A stretch of DNA of 64,000 bases from Eledone cirrhosa (Eukaryota). Both the position numbers and the translations under genes were made by a program. The DNA is taken from the NCBI GenBank assembly GCA_964016885.1, contig OZ024740.1:37138001-37202000 (forward strand), given 5' to 3'. Shown piece by piece: positions 62,410 through 64,000 of the stretch. How positions within the stretch are numbered: position 1 is the stretch's first letter; every line of letters starts with the position of its first letter. The notes below the pieces were generated by a model. It was not told the origin of the DNA. It worked only from the letters and a program-made list of their open reading frames with translations, and made no database searches.

Positions 62410-62616
62410 TTTTTTCAATGAAATTTTTTGATAATAATAAAAGTTTAAATTTTGGGCACAAGGCCCCAATCTTTTTGGGTGTCCTTTTCGGAAAACAATG
62501 TATGTGCGCTTATAAACAGTTAACAATAAAATTATCCATAAATGACAATTTTTAACAAACGGAAATAACAAACCTTTGCGGAGCTCACGATGATACGATT
62601 TTCTACGTAGGTCGCC

Positions 62617-62673
<57 letters not shown>

Positions 62674-64000
62674 TTCTTTATTAACCACAAGGGTTTACAT
62701 AAAGTAAACATTAAGGACAGTGCAGGACAATACAGGACGGTACAAATGGGCATTTCTGCGTGTAAAAAACAAAAACAGAGGATGTAACAAAAAATAACAA
62801 TGAAAAATTCCGCAATAGGGGGGAGACTTCGGAGGGACATTTGTGGAGAAAGCCCAGTAAAAGGCCACAATGACCCTGACCACCAAGGCAAGTGCCCTCT
62901 CCCAGTTTTCCACCTTTAATTTACAGATATATACTCAGAGTAGGCCCATTCACTCGGGCCATTCTTGCTTCTCTCACCCATCTTTCAACAAAATGCTGGG
63001 AAGAGAGCACTTCCCTCTCTACTCTGATTTTCCTTTTCAAATGAAATTTGAAAAAGTCAATCAGAGCATCACCGAAGAGGTAAGTGCTCGTCTTCAGCCC
63101 TTTCAAACGTGTCCACCATACTATCTCTTTCGCCATGGCCACCAGACAGATAAAAACTGCCTGCCCTTCCCGGCTAAAGGGGGAGGGCGGGGCAATCCTC
63201 ACGATGGACTCAGATGATAGCCGGATCCGTCCTAAACGCGACAGCAGGTGTTCGACATGAACCCACAAGTCAGCAATTTTCGGACACTGGACGAGTGCGT
63301 GCAAGACGGTTTCGTCGCCCTGCGCGCATCTCGGACATGCCCGGCTGACGGCACCTCCATGCCTGTAGAGTTTATCCCGAACTGACAAGGTTCCTCGGTA
63401 GCACTGCCAGGCCAGAGATTTCTGGAAGTTGTCCATAGGCCCTGGCCCGAAAGTTCTTCCGAAGAGATTGGCTAGTTGATTTTCGTCGACGCCTAGAGTT
63501 TCCCCCAGTACGTCGTCGCTCTTCCCCTCCACTAATCCTCTATAGAACGCCGAGGTGGAGTTTCCACCGACCAGATCGCCCAATTGGTCGAGGGCTGTGA
63601 GCGCCTGAAGACATTCCAGTCTCCAGGCGCTCCTTCTCGGTCTTCGCTTGACCCAGGACTGCAGCTCCGTCAAGGAAACGAGCTGGGGAAATACGTGTCT
63701 AGCAAACGGCGACCACACCTGATCACCGTCGAGGAAGAGGTGGAGATGTCGTAGCCTAAGCGCGTGCCTGCGCATCATCAGCCACGGCATGCCCAGCCCT
63801 CCACGTAGCGGGTGTTGACAACAGATGGACCGCCTGATCATCGGAGCGCGTCCCTTCCACAAAAAGCGAAAGAGCAAACGCTCCAGCGCAGTCAAGCGAG
63901 GCTTAGGACAAGGTACGACGGTCAGGCGTTAGCAGATGACAGACGCGATGTACGCGTTAGCCACCTCCGCTCGACCTTTCAGGGGTAGCTTCCTCTCCGC
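62674..64000 (-). mobile_element. Tx1 copy T6, 3' end (continues past window)
   Basis: ORF 62921-63895 matches ORF2 C-terminus; 3'UTR most like T1. Confidence 0.93.

Larger units (their letters stand above)
56713..62616 (-). mobile_element. Full-length Tx1 copy T5 (ORF1 type III, ORF2 subtype B)
   Basis: AAT repeats both sides (56650-56712, 62617-62673); distinct 5' end GGCGACCTACGTAG. Confidence 0.93.

Noticed and set aside
30738-64000. Telomeric retrotransposon array or CRISPR-like repeat-spacer array
   Set aside because: No TTAGGG tracts, both orientations present, and the units are kb-scale LINEs between variable-length microsatellites

Overview
Eukaryotic, repeat-only DNA with no recognisable host gene. 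The tRNA-derived SINE suggests an octopod cephalopod (inference). The window is a nest of non-LTR retrotransposons strung on (AAT)n microsatellites. All R4/Dong-type elements (single ORF: RT + CCHC + restriction-like endonuclease; three families, A, D, E) lie on the + strand and, where the 3' end survives, end in (AAT)n. The Tx1-type elements (ORF1 + APE-RT ORF2) and the SINE copies that abut + strand (AAT)n lie on the - strand, so they end in (ATT)n. From about 30.7 kb to the window end the DNA is almost entirely these elements separated by 6-24 AAT units. A central block (about 19.9-30.7 kb) is instead (TA)n/(TG)n-rich and holds two Penelope-like retroelements, Helitron ends, a hAT relic, a mariner relic and several palindromes. 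Main observations: (1) two unrelated endonuclease classes appear to share one microsatellite target in opposite orientations; (2) three different 5'UTR-ORF1 modules are reassorted on closely related Tx1 ORF2s; (3) a perfect GTAAGT splice donor overlaps the ORF1 stop in all four ORF1/ORF2 junctions, in two different reading frames; (4) the SINE 3' end and TSDs point to Tx1 as its partner; (5) both clades carry candidate RNA structures in their UTRs. All comparisons were made by eye; no database search was run.
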